NCBI RefSeq assembly: GCF_004010195.1
Contig: NW_025214343.1
Coordinates: 1-42,014 of the forward strand
Reading direction: 5' to 3'
From: Chiloscyllium plagiosum
Taxonomy: Eukaryota
Length of the DNA stretch: 42,014 bases
This document shows, piece by piece, positions 1-11,717 of this stretch. Each line of letters begins with the position of its first letter. Position 1 is the stretch's first letter. The notes below the pieces were generated by a model. That model searched no databases, was not told the DNA's origin, and worked only from the letters and a program-made list of their open reading frames with translations. Both the position numbers and the translations under genes were made by a program.

Positions 1-1159
1 TAAGGTTATAATCACCATGAGGCTAACTGTAAGAGGGAAAAAGGAAAAGTTGAAGATACTGATCAAACATTCTCCGTGCCTGAGCTGTGGTTGTAAGTAA
101 TGGCACAGACATAATTGTTGTTATATCCATATGAAGTTTAAAAAATCTGAAACACAGCAACAAACTATCTCTAAAATGAATCATTTGCACTCTTCAAAGA
201 CATAGTGAAGATCATGAGCAAAGGATTTCTCACAGAAGCATCGTCATGTTCTCAATTGTTTTGGGAGGGGAACAGTAGTGGATGATTTTAACTGTTTTAT
301 AGGTTACTGAGACTTCCCATAAGATCACAGTATCCAAACAAAGACACCTGGGATCGACAAAACCAAGAACGGCAGACACCTGACATGGACACGGATTGCA
401 GTATTTCTGTATTCGATTTCAGAGTCTCCACAACTCAGATTACTTTGGCCATTATATATCCACACAATATAAAATACACATCGAATCACTCCATAGTGTA
501 CATGAATGGACGAACAAATCATTGAGAGAGTCCCTATATCATGCAGCATTGTAAATCCTGACATTCTGAACTATGAAGGTACTCAGGAGTGAATACAATG
601 GCTGGGTATAGAGAACCCAGTGAATCCGATCACCATACTACCAGTTGGATTCCCACTGCAACCAGAAGAACTTCAACATTTGGCCCGGACTCCCCACCTG
701 TCCAAAACTGTACACCACAGCTCCCAAAGAAATAAAAACTGAATCCATGCAGCATTGCTCAATGCAACTTTTTGGTTTAGAAATCAGACTCTGTATTTTG
801 GATTAAGCAAGGCTTTCTGCTTGATGTTCAGTCTCACATTCCCAAGCTCTTCTTCTGGACCCTTTTCTTGTGAACAGAGATCAAACTTCCCACTGAGCAA
901 ATACATGAAACCATCTCGATCAGAAGCAACCTGGATGGTCTCATCATTGTTCACAGTGTAGTTGTCAGGCCCAACTTCAAGTGTCTGCATCGCCCTTTTC
1001 GAGAGACCAAAGCGAGAATAAAGAAGATTACACTCAATGATAAACTACAACATTTACACCTGTATTTCGTATTTGGAACATAAATATCAAATTGGCTTCT
1101 AAATCAGCCAGGAATCCAGCGATTGAATTGACTCATATTCAGATACTTCTGAACAATTA

Positions 1160-1450
1160 TCATTTGTCATTTCTCTCTTTATCTTTATCTTTAATTCCCT
1201 CTTGTTCTCCCCATCCCCCTCACTGGCAGCATCTCCCTTTGTCTCTCTCCTTCTATGCGTATATGCTTCTATCCCTTTCTGCTATTCTCTCCTCTTCGCT
1301 CTCTTTTTTTGTTTTCTTTCTTATTGGAAGCCTCTCAATTTCTCGCTCACTCTTTCCTTTTATCATTGTCTTCTCTCTCTCTTTGCTCTCTCTGCCCTTT
1401 TACTCCCGCAGCGCGCACTCTTCACACTCTCCCTCCTGCCACCCCAGTCT
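1160..1450. repeat. Pyrimidine-rich (CT/T) low-complexity tract
   Basis: Runs of ctct/tttc; explains the overlapping Ser/Leu/Phe-rich ORFs. Confidence 0.75.
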
Positions 1451-1625
1451 GGAATTGCCCTGCCTCCCCCATTCAAACTTTTGCAACCATCAAGTTTATG
1501 GCTCCCCCCAAAAAATTGTACACTAACCTTTTCACACACTTATTTGTGCCCGTCCTTCCTTCCACACCAGACAGCATCCAGGTCTATCGAATCTGTGATC
1601 CACATGATTTATGACCCTCAAGTAT

Positions 1626-4467
1626 CAGAACATAGAAAAGTACAGCACAGTACAGGCCGTTCGGCCCTCGATGTCGTGCCAACCTGTGAAACAGGATTGA
1701 AGCCCATCGAACCTGCACTATTCCATATTCATCCATATGTTTTAGTCAATGACCATTTAAGTGCCCTTAACGTTAGGCGAGTCTACTAGTATTGCATGCA
1801 GGGTGTTCCACGCCCTTACTACTCTCTGAGTGAAGAGACTACCTCTGACATCTGGCCTATATGTTTCATCCCTCAATTTAAAGCTATGTCTGCTTGTGCT
1901 AACGATCACCATTCGAGGAAAAAGGCTCTCACAGTCCACACTATCTAATCCCCGATCAGCTTATATATGTCTATTAAGTAACCTCTTAACCTTCTTCTCA
2001 CGAATGCAAACAGCCTCAAATCCCTTAACCTGTCCCCATGAAACCTTCTTTCCATATCAGTCAGCATCAAGGTATATCTCCTCTGTACCATTTCCACGGC
2101 TGCTATGTCCTTCCTATAATACAACGACCAGATCTGCATAAAATCCTCCAAGTGCGGCCGCACGAGATCTTTGTACAGCTGCAACATGATGTCATTGGTC
2201 TGAAACTCAATCCCCTTACCAATAAAATCTAAAACACTGTACACCTTCTTAACAACCCTATCTACCTGGGTGGCAACTTTCAGGGATCTATGTCCATGGA
2301 TACCAAGATCTCTCTGTTCATCTACACTAGCCCAGTAAGCTGCATTCCTGTTACTCCTTCCAAAATGAATCGCCTCCATTTGCCACCTCTCAGCCAAGCT
2401 CTGCAGTTTATCTATGTTCCTCTGTCACGAGCAACATCCTTCTGCACTGTCCACAACTCCACCGACCTTAGTGTCATCTGCAAATTTACTAACCCATTTT
2501 TCTACGCCCTCATCCAGTTCATTTTTAAGGATGACCAACAGCAGTGGCTCTAAAACTGATCCTTGCGGTACACCACTAGTAAATGAAATGCAGGATGATA
2601 GTTTCCCATCAACCACCACCCTCTGTCTTCTTTCAGCTAGCCAATTTCTGATTCAAACCACCAAATCACCCAAAAATGCCAAGCCTCTGTATTTTCTAAT
2701 AGCCTACTGTGGGGAACCTTATCAAATGCCTTAATGAAATCCATATGCACTAAATCAACCGCTTCACCCTCATCCATCTGTTTGGTCACCTTCTCAAAGA
2801 ACTCAATAAGGTTTGTGAGGCATGACGTACCCTTCACAAAACCATGTTGACTATCCTAAATCAAATTGTTCCTCTCCACATACTTATAAATCCTCTCTCG
2901 TATAATCCTTTCCAACACTGTATCCACGACAGAAGTAAAGCTCACTGGTGTGTAATTACCAGAGCTTTATCTACTCCCCTTCTTGAACAAGGAAACAACA
3001 TTTGCTATCCTCCATTCTGGCACCAAACCTGTAAACGATGATGACATGAAGATCAAAGCCAAAGGCTCTGCTATCTCCTCTCTGGCTTCCCAGAGAATCC
3101 TAGGATTAGTCCCATCTGGACCAAGAGACTTACCTATTTTCACACTTTCCAGAATTGCTAACACCTCCTCCTGTGAACCTCAATCACATCTCGTCTAGGA
3201 GCCTGTATCTCAGCATTCCCCTTGACAACATTGTCTTTATCCAGTGTGAATACTGACAAAATATATTCATTTAGAGCCTCGCATATTTCCTCAGACTCCA
3301 CGCACAACTTCTCACTACTGTCCTTGATTGGCCCTAATCTTACTGATATCCCTATAAAAAGCTTTCAGCTTTTCCTTGATCCTACCTGCTGTCGACTTAT
3401 CATGTCCCGTCCGGGCTCTTCATAACGTGTTATTTCAGTCTTTTCTGACTAACATAACTCTCAAGTGCCCAAACTGAGTCTTCACGTCTCATCCTACCAT
3501 AAGCCTCCTTACTCCTCTTGACAAGAGCTTCGACTTCTTTTGTAAACCACAGCTCCCTGGCGCATCCACCTCCTCCCTGCCTGACAGGTCCATACTTATC
3601 AAGGACCTACAGTAAATATTCCTTGAATAAGCTCTACATTTCAGTTGTGCCCATCCCCTGCAGATTCCTTTTCCATCCTTAGCATCCTAAATCTTGCCTA
3701 ACCACATCATAATTGCCTTTGTCCCAGCCATAATTCTTGAGCTGCAGCCTATACCTCTGCCTTTCCATTGCAAAAGTAAACATAACTGAATTGTGGTCAC
3801 TGTCACTAAAGTGCCCATCCACCTGCAAATCTAACACCTGGCCGGATTCATTACCCAGTACCAAATCCAATGTGGCCTCACCCCTTTCTTCGTCTGTCTG
3901 CATGCTGTGTCAGGAAATCACACGTGCACATATTGGACAAAAACTGACCCATTTAGAGTACCCGAACTAGCGCATTTCCCGTCAATATTTGGGAAGTTAA
4001 AGTCCTCCATATCAATTACCCTGTTGCTCTCGCTCTTATCCAGAATTATCTTTGCTATCCTTTCTGCTACATCTCTGGAACTTTCGGAGGCTTTTCGGAA
4101 ACTCCCAACAGAAACTCTCAATTCCTGTTTCGATCCTCAGCTCATATTACCCCAGTAGATGAGTCATCAAACGTCCTTCCTGCTGATGCTGTACTTGACT
4201 AACAATGCTTCCCCATCTTTCACCACCTACCCTGTTCATCCTGAAACATTTAAATCCCAGAACCTGCAACAATTATTCCTCTCCCTGCTCTACCATGTCT
4301 CCAAAATGGCCACAACATCGAAGTCCCAGGTGACAAGCCATGCTGCACGCTCACCCACCTTATTCCGGATGCTCTTGGCGTTGAAGTAAACACACTTTAA
4401 ACCACCTTCCTGCTTGTCTGTGCATTCTTGCGACCTTGAAACCTTATTTCTGACCTCACTACTCTCA
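1626..4467 (-). mobile_element. CR1-clade LINE (HER1-like), 5'-truncated, decayed ORF2 (APE endonuclease + RT)
   Basis: Minus-strand ORF pieces in the expected order. APE: CVYFNAKSIRNKVGE..WDFDVVAILETW, DFNFPNID, RGEATLDLVLGN, SDSDHN. RT: SCLTNLIEFFE..DFIKAFDKVPH, GVPQGSVLEPLL, KFADDTK. C-terminus LYKDLVRPHLE. 3' tail reads agaacatagaaaagtacagcacag on + at 1626. Many stops and frameshifts. Confidence 0.93.
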
Positions 4468-4606
4468 ACCTCCTCGAAACCTATGAACAGAGTGAAAGGG
4501 AATGAGAACATAGAGTTCTTGAATCCTATTTCACCAACCGATTTAGCACACGTTAGCCCACGACAGGGACAGCAATTCTAGAATTAACCTTCTGAAATGA
4601 TGCTGG

Positions 4607-5326
4607 NNNNNNNNNNNNNNNNNNNNNNNNNNNNNNNNNNNNNNNNNNNNNNNNNNNNNNNNNNNNNNNNNNNNNNNNNNNNNNNNNNNNNNNNNNNNNN
4701 NNNNNNNNNNNNNNNNNNNNNNNNNNNNNNNNNNNNNNNNNNNNNNNNNNNNNNNNNNNNNNNNNNNNNNNNNNNNNNNNNNNNNNNNNNNNNNNNNNNN
4801 NNNNNNNNNNNNNNNNNNNNNNNNNNNNNNNNNNNNNNNNNNNNNNNNNNNNNNNNNNNNNNNNNNNNNNNNNNNNNNNNNNNNNNNNNNNNNNNNNNNN
4901 NNNNNNNNNNNNNNNNNNNNNNNNNNNNNNNNNNNNNNNNNNNNNNNNNNNNNNNNNNNNNNNNNNNNNNNNNNNNNNNNNNNNNNNNNNNNNNNNNNNN
5001 NNNNNNNNNNNNNNNNNNNNNNNNNNNNNNNNNNNNNNNNNNNNNNNNNNNNNNNNNNNNNNNNNNNNNNNNNNNNNNNNNNNNNNNNNNNNNNNNNNNN
5101 NNNNNNNNNNNNNNNNNNNNNNNNNNNNNNNNNNNNNNNNNNNNNNNNNNNNNNNNNNNNNNNNNNNNNNNNNNNNNNNNNNNNNNNNNNNNNNNNNNNN
5201 NNNNNNNNNNNNNNNNNNNNNNNNNNNNNNNNNNNNNNNNNNNNNNNNNNNNNNNNNNNNNNNNNNNNNNNNNNNNNNNNNNNNNNNNNNNNNNNNNNNN
5301 NNNNNNNNNNNNNNNNNNNNNNNNNN
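4607..5326. other. Assembly gap with duplicated flanks
   Basis: N run; 4337-4606 recurs at 5327-5596 with about 4 substitutions. Confidence 0.95.
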
Positions 5327-6248
5327 GCCATGCTGCACGCTCACCCACCTTATTCTGGATGCTCTTGGCGTTTAAGTAAACACACTTTAAACCACCTTCC
5401 TGCTTGTCTGTGCATTCTTGCGACCTTGAAACCTTATTTCTGACCTCACTACTCTCAACCTCCTCGAAACCTATGAACAGAGTGAAAGGGAATGAGAACA
5501 TAGAGTTCTTGAATCCTATTTCACCAACCGATTTAGCACACGTTAGCCCACGACAGGGACAGCAATTCTAGAATTAACCTTCTAAAATGATGTTGGGTTT
5601 ATGGATGAATTGGCTGGGAGGGAGTGTTTTTGAGCCAGCGACGTTAACACTTTTATGTTGAGTATAAATATGGAACAAGACAATGACAACAATGGTCAAG
5701 CCTCAAATTTTGTTGCAGCCAAATATGAAGAATCTCAGAGATTATCTGATTAATTTGAATTGGATCTTGAAGAGAAAATAAGGACAAATCAGTTGGAAGA
5801 TTTTAAAAGTGAGCTCCTGGAGGCACAGCGCAGACATGATCCAACAATATAAATCGTCATATTTCCAGATCGGGAGCCATATTGGTGTCATTAAGCATAT
5901 AGGGCAAGGAACAGTAAAAAAAAGATTCTTACCATGACAAAAAAATCCTAAAACAAAAGAAAGCCCAACAGAAAATCTAAATTAAATATAAACTCTGAAA
6001 GGGAACAGAGGGAAATTACTAGCGGGTACGTTCAACAAAAAAAAAGTTATACCAGTAGATTTAATACCAAAAGATAACTCTGAAATTTATAGGGCTGTCA
6101 AAGAATCACACAAAATAATTGATGTAAGCCAATGTGCATTCGCAGACTGATACACAAACACAAATCATGGTATATCAATGTATTAGTTATTATTTTATTA
6201 CTTCAATCACTTTGAATCATGTAACTGTGTTTGATATTTATTCCATAT

Positions 6249-6742
6249 TGTGGCCGGACGGCCCACTCAAAGTAATGAATTTATAAAGGAAAATAATGAA
6301 CTTATGATGTAAAATAATGAGCTTATCATGGAGTTACAAAGGATGGACAATGATTAAAGCAGGCTGTAAAATGGGAACCAGCCTTGAACAAAATAACAGT
6401 GCTGACCAACATGATGCAGAATGCAGACAGGCTGCAGCAACCAACAGGAGAATGTGAGGACTGCAGATGCTGGAGAGTCAGAATCAAAACGTGTGGCACT
6501 GAAAGCACAGCAGGTCAGGCAACATCCGAGGAGAGTAAGCCCTTCATCAGACTTTGCACTTTTGAACACTATAGCTACTCACAGACAGGCTGCAAACAAC
6601 CTGGTTGCTTCAGACCCTACAGTGCCCACACAGATTTCGGTTTGAATGTGACAACCTGATGTCATCGCCAGGATAATCGGGACCATCAAGGTGTGCACCA
6701 GACATAGAAGCACCTCGCAGCCTGATTTGAAGGAAGTGACAA
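6249..6742 (+). mobile_element. ERV LTR-like repeat A (interrupted by a Penelope terminus, truncated by a SINE fragment)
   Basis: Starts TGTGGCCG. Colinear with 11088-11400 (tggacaa.gattaaag, tgcagaatgcagacaggctgca, cagaccct, tttgaatg.gacaa, gatgtcatc, agacat.ga.gcacctc); about 80% identity by eye in the best 90-bp block. Confidence 0.65.
6447..6552 (-). mobile_element. Penelope terminal (pLTR) fragment
   Basis: gtgaggactgcagatgctggag..cacagcaggtcaggcaacatccgaggag..aagcccttcatcag is the reverse complement of the Penelope terminus at 23015-23147; cagacaggctgca occurs on both sides (6424, 6582). Confidence 0.8.
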
Positions 6743-6804
6743 CACAGGGAGAATGTACAAAGTCCACACAGAACGTCGCCCAAGGCTGGAATTGAACCCG
6801 GTTC
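6743..6804 (-). mobile_element. HE1-type SINE fragment
   Basis: acacagggagaatgtacaaagtccacacag..ggctggaattgaacccgg matches the V-core and B-box of the other SINE copies. Confidence 0.75.
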
Positions 6805-8025
6805 CCCCCAGGATATTTATGGCTTGGCCCATTGGATATCCCCAGGATATTTATGGCTTTGACCACTGGATGTTCCCAGGATATTTATAGCTTGGCCCAC
6901 TGGATGTCCACACGATATTTATGGCGTAGCCCACTGGATGTTTCCAGGATATTCATGGCTTGGCCCACTGGATGTCTCCAGGATATTTATGGTTTGACTG
7001 ACTGGATGTTCTCAGGATATTTATGGCTTGGCCCACTGGATGTTCCCAGGATATTTATGGCTTGGCCCACTGGATGTCCGCAGGATATTTATGGTTGCAC
7101 CCACTGGATGTCCCCAGGATATCTATGGTTGTGCCCATTGGATGGCCCCAGGATATTTATGGCTTGGCCCACTGGATGGCCCCAGGATATTTATGGTTAC
7201 GCCCACTGGATGTCCCCAGGATATTTATGGTTGCACCCATTGGTGCCCCCAGCATATTTATGGTTTGGCCTACTGGATGTCCTCAGGATATTTATGGTTG
7301 GGCACACTGAATGTCCCCAGGATATTTACGTTTGTGTCCACTGGATGGCCCCAGGATATTTATGGCTTGGTCCACTGGATATCCGCAGGATATTTATGGT
7401 TACGCCCACTGGATGTCCCCAGGATATTTATGGTTGCACCCACTGGTGCCCCCAGCATATTTATGGTTTGGCCTACTGGATGTCCTCAGGATATTTATAG
7501 CTTGGCCCACTGGATGTCCACACGATATTTATGGCGAAGCCCACTGGATGTTCCCAGGACATTCATGGCTTGGCTCACTGGATGTCCCCAGGATATTTAT
7601 GGCTTGGCCCACTGGATGTCCGCAGGATATTTATGGTTACGCCCACTGGATGTCCCCAGGATATTTATGGTTGGGCACACTGAATGTCCCCATGATATCT
7701 GTGGTTGTGCCCACTGGATGGTCCCAGGATATTTATGGTTTGGCCCACTGGATGTCTGCAGGATATTGATGGTTGCGCTCACAGGATGTCGCCAGGATAT
7801 TTATGGTTGTGCCCACTGGATGGCCCCAGAATATTTATGACTTGGCCCACTGGATATCCGCAGGATTTTTATGGTTGCGCCCACTGGATGTCCCCAGGAT
7901 ATTTATGGTTGCACCCACTGGTGCCCCCAGCATATTTATGCTTTGGCCCACTGGATGTCCCCAGGATATTTATGGTTTAGCCCACTGGATATCTCCAGGA
8001 TATTTTTAGTTGGGCCCACTGGATG
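6805..8025. repeat. 34-bp minisatellite, about 36 copies, with higher-order structure
   Basis: Consensus ggatatttatggcttggcccactggatgtcccca; unit starts at 7015, 7049, 7083, 7117 (period 34); no unique spacers. Confidence 0.97.
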
Positions 8026-8189
8026 CAGGCGAATGTGAGGATGGCGCATTACGCGTGCACCCCAATAAGAGTATAACGTTTGGATGCACCAATCAGTGGG
8101 CAGTGTATAAAAACACAAATGGAAGCTCAGGTGATTGTTACCTGAACGTTGAAATAACGGGTGACTGGTGGGTATTGTGGTAGTTGTGG

Positions 8190-8535
8190 GTAAGATGGCT
8201 GAGCTGAGAAGTTGATTTGCAGACGTTTTGTCCCCTGTCTAGGTGACATCTTCAGTGCTTTGGAGCCTCCTGTCAAACGCTGCTGTGCTGTGCCTTCTGG
8301 AGTTTATTTTGTTCCGTTCCTACATCCTCAGTTGCTGGTTGCAGCACTACACGAGCTATCTGAACCAGCAATTGGAAGCAACAGGAATGAAACCAAATAA
8401 ACTCCAAAAGACATAGTACAGCAGCGCTTCACAGAAGGCGCTAAAGCACTGAAGATGTCACCAAGACAGGGGAGGAAATGTCTGCAAACCAACTTCCCAG
8501 CTTCGCCACAGCTAAAGTGACTGGCACTGAGCTAC
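8190..8535. mobile_element. Penelope-type palindromic (inverted terminal) insertion inside env
   Basis: 8197-8292 is the reverse complement of 8412-8507; each arm carries a CTGAAGA..GAAAC-GTC hammerhead-like core (degenerate). Confidence 0.75.
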
Positions 8536-9484
8536 AAACCTTAACGGTAACCCTGAATTGGTGGAGATTGTCAAGCAATGGGTGTCCTGAGATTGGATGC
8601 TGAGCAAACGACTCAGAAAAGGGATTGGGACTCACGCAGAAATGTCCCAGGAAACTCACAAGAGGGAAGTTTGCTCTGTATGAAATACGGAATGGCCTGA
8701 AACCAACTACAGAGATAGCCCAACCCGTGTGTCCTGATGCTACCCCGGACCATAAAACAGACTAGTTTTAGAGCCAATTGAGAAAGGTTTACACGATGCC
8801 ATCCACCATAAATTGGAACCTGTGATGGGACATTGAGCAGGAACACAACTGCCAGACTGGTGCTCTCCTCAACTCAGAAGACTACAACTCCATTTGACCC
8901 ATCAGTTATTGGGACGAGAGATAGGGACAGAGGATAACCAAAACTCAGACAGAAAAATGGCATCGAAGTGAAATGCTGAATGATTTAGCGACAGCACAGG
9001 TCGCAGGCTAATCAACACCTAATGCCCTGGATTTGGCCGACCTGGACAATGAACTCCGAATCCTGACTCGACAAGTAAAACAGACTTTCGCCACAATTCA
9101 TAAGAATAATTGTCAGGATGCCGAGCAGGTAGAGGAGGAAAATAAAGCCAGTCGTCTTATGGTAGGTGTGCGGGAAGGACATGCTGCAACAATCAACCAA
9201 ATAATAAAAGGGAAATTAGAAGATACCGGCAGACAACACAACCGGACCCTGTGCAGCATGTACGGACAATGGATGATAATACAGTTGAGGGAAATCTTGA
9301 TCAGGTGAGACAGAGGCAGGTTGCATCCTGGATCAACCACGAACATAAGCACTATTCACGCGGACCTATGGATACGACATAATGATACTCTACCATTTGC
9401 AGTACAGAGGGATGGAGGCTCATAGACACCAATATGGAACATTTATTTCGGGGAAAGAAACACCCCAAATTATCAGAGTGCCAA

Positions 9485-9618
9485 CATTCCTGACGAAGGG
9501 CTTATGCCTGAAATGTCAACTTTCCTGCTCCTCAGATGCGCCAGACCTGCTGTTCTTTTTCAGCACCACACTTTTCGACTCTGACTCTGCAGCATCTGCA
9601 GTCTTAACTTTCTCCCGG
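9485..9618 (+). mobile_element. Penelope terminal fragment inside env
   Basis: attcctgacgaagggcttatgcctgaaatgtc..gacctgctg..cagcaccacac..cagcatctgcagtc, same family as 23015-23147. Confidence 0.85.
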
Positions 9619-10178
9619 ACTGCCAACTGAGACAACTGACCAAGGTTTGATTCAATGATGACTTGAAAGGGACTCCTGGGTAGCATTAGGACTCCAAATA
9701 ATTACGCATGACAGAATTGGACTAAGAGTGTTCGAAGTAGAAAACATAGGCACTATTCACGAGGACCTATGGATAGCATATTACGATACCCCATCGTACA
9801 TAGTAGATAAGGATGGAAGGCTCATAGGGACCACTTTGGATAAAAATCAACACCGACATAAACCCAAATAGCCAACAAGGGAAGGGCAGTATGGCCTCTC
9901 AACCTCACTTGCCCTTATCGGTATGGCACAGCTCAATATAATACCACCAACAGCACACTCAGCATTAGGGCACACATGTCTGCTAGCACAGGCCAAATCC
10001 AGCTCATGAATAAGCATAAAAGGGAGAGGGACGTATTCAATGTGAGTGAGGAACTCTAGCAGTCTCTGGGGGAATATCTGGAGAAGTATGACACCGTCCC
10101 CGAGCCCCTGCTGGAGGAGGTACAAGAGGAGGTACAACAGCGTCGAGCTGGATTGGTCACAGCCAATAGAATCTTCCC

Positions 10179-10512
10179 CACGGTGGCACAGTGGTTAGCA
10201 CTGCTGCCTCACAGTGCCAGAGACCCGGGTTCAATTCCCACCTCAGGCAACTGACCGTGTGGAGTTTGCACATTCTCCCCGTGTCTGCGTGTGTTTCCGC
10301 TGGGGGCTCCAGTTTCCTCCCACAGCCAAAAAATGGGCAGTTTAGGTGAATTGACCATGCTAAATTGGCCATATAGTGTTAGATAGGGGTAAATGTAGTG
10401 GAATTACTCTGGGTGGGTTGCGTTTCAGAGGTTCGGTGTGGACTTGTTGTGCCGAAGGGGATGTTTCCACACTGTAAGTAATCTAAAAAAAAAGTAATCT
10501 AATCTAATCTAA
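10179..10512 (+). mobile_element. HE1-like tRNA-derived V-SINE, near full length
   Basis: A box tggcacagtgg, B box gggttcaattcc, V-core gtgtggagtttgcacattctccccgtgtctgcgtg, LINE-derived tail ending in (aatct)n. Confidence 0.92.
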
Positions 10513-11087
10513 GGTGGGACAGCAGACCCACGGAGCCAAACAGTGAAGAAAGGAGATTAAAATAACGACTTGGTGGGAGGATTTCTAGCAATGGTGCTGC
10601 AACATACAGATCCATCCCTGGGTCGGCCTTGTCGCAGAATGATCTGTATTGTTAATTCTAGTTACCTTGGTATACCACACCATTAAATTTACCCGGAGGA
10701 TAAACTATCAAACAAACTGAATGTGTCCACCCCAATACACTCGCGGTCGCCCTGAGCTTATTGAAACCTTGTAAATATTTGGTAAGGGCGAAGGAATCTT
10801 AGTTACCATCGTGTGTGAATAATGTTGGTTCAATTTTCTTTATCATTATTAATGACTTTTTTATTGTATGACTTTATAACATTTGGCAATTATAATTTTC
10901 ACTGTGAAAATGTTTATATTTGTCCATTTCTCCAATGTCATTATTTATTTTAATTTGCTACACTACCTGGAAGAGTTTAGTTATTTAAATAGGTATGGTG
11001 CTTTACTTGAGCTTGGATTATCGTTTGCTCACCGCCGAGTGGTTGGTCTTTTATAATGTGATCCGTCACGTTTCCCATTCAGGATTA

Positions 11088-11715
11088 CTTGGCCGCACAG
11101 GCCACTTAAAATAATTGATTTATGTCGGAATTTGATAAAAGTGGACAAGGATTAAAGGATGCTGGAAAATGAAAGCCAGCCTTTACCAAAGTGACTGGGT
11201 TAATTAACATCCTGCAGAATGCAGACAGGCTGCATCTAATTGCATACAATTTCCAAACAACTTAGTCACCGCAGACCCTGCAATACCCACCGGAATTTGA
11301 GTTTGAATGAGACAATGGGATGTCATCCCAAGCACAACTGGAAACATTGATGTGTCTACGAGACATGGAGGCACCTCACACTCTTATTTGGAGGAGGTCA
11401 CGTGTACCCAGCACCTCCAGTAATGGGCACCTAAAGGCCATCCTGTCATCAGTGTGCCTAAACCTTGTTGGGTACGATCAATTAAGGTGACCAAAAGTGA
11501 TCGATCCATTGGAAAATACTCAAGACCTCCTAAAAGGTGCAAAGACTTTCGAGGATAAGAATCGCTGCAAAACCATCTGGGTGTATTAACTCGAGAATGA
11601 CCACCGTTGAAAGAGTTACTGTTTAGTCATTGAATAATCTTTCCTTCAGTTAAGTTTTCCAATAGAGTTAGGTTATTCCAATATATATTTCTTTTGTTTG
11701 TACTTCAATGATAGA
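11088..11715 (+). mobile_element. ERV LTR-like repeat B (putative 3' LTR)
   Basis: Direct diverged repeat of 6249-6742 lying downstream of env; 3' boundary uncertain because a LINE inserts at about 11718. Confidence 0.6.
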
Positions 11716-11717
11716 CT

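Larger units (their letters stand above)
8028..10720 (+). pseudogene. env: Endogenous retroviral env pseudogene (class III/ERV-S/snakehead-retrovirus-like), split by insertions
   Basis: Manual translation, in order: SU-like pieces GECEDGALRVHPNKSITFGC (8028) and LRKVYTMPSTINWNL*W; cleavage/fusion-like KWHRSEMLNDLATAQVAG*STPNALDLADLDNELRILT; heptad region ending NRTLCSMYGQWMIIQLRE (8950-9308); VALGLQII..RVFEVENIGTIHEDLWIAYYDTPSYIV (9680-9810); membrane-proximal and TM segment TTWWEDF*QW..IHPWVGLVAE*SVLLILVTLVY (10560-10720). Confidence 0.75.

Noticed and set aside
1092..1789. Overlapping hydrophobic ORFs (also 15522-15960 and 36772-37309)
   Set aside because: Products of CT-, GA- or CA-rich low-complexity DNA
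4543..5501. Long X-containing ORFs (also 12586-13646, 18138-18700, 21999-22467, 30301-31494)
   Set aside because: Artefacts of reading through N gaps
6805..8025. CRISPR array or real repeat protein
   Set aside because: Units abut with no unique spacers, there are no cas genes, and the context is vertebrate; the ORFs in all frames simply reflect a stop-free 34-bp unit
10179..10260. tRNA gene
   Set aside because: The A/B boxes belong to a SINE head that continues into the V-core and LINE-derived tail
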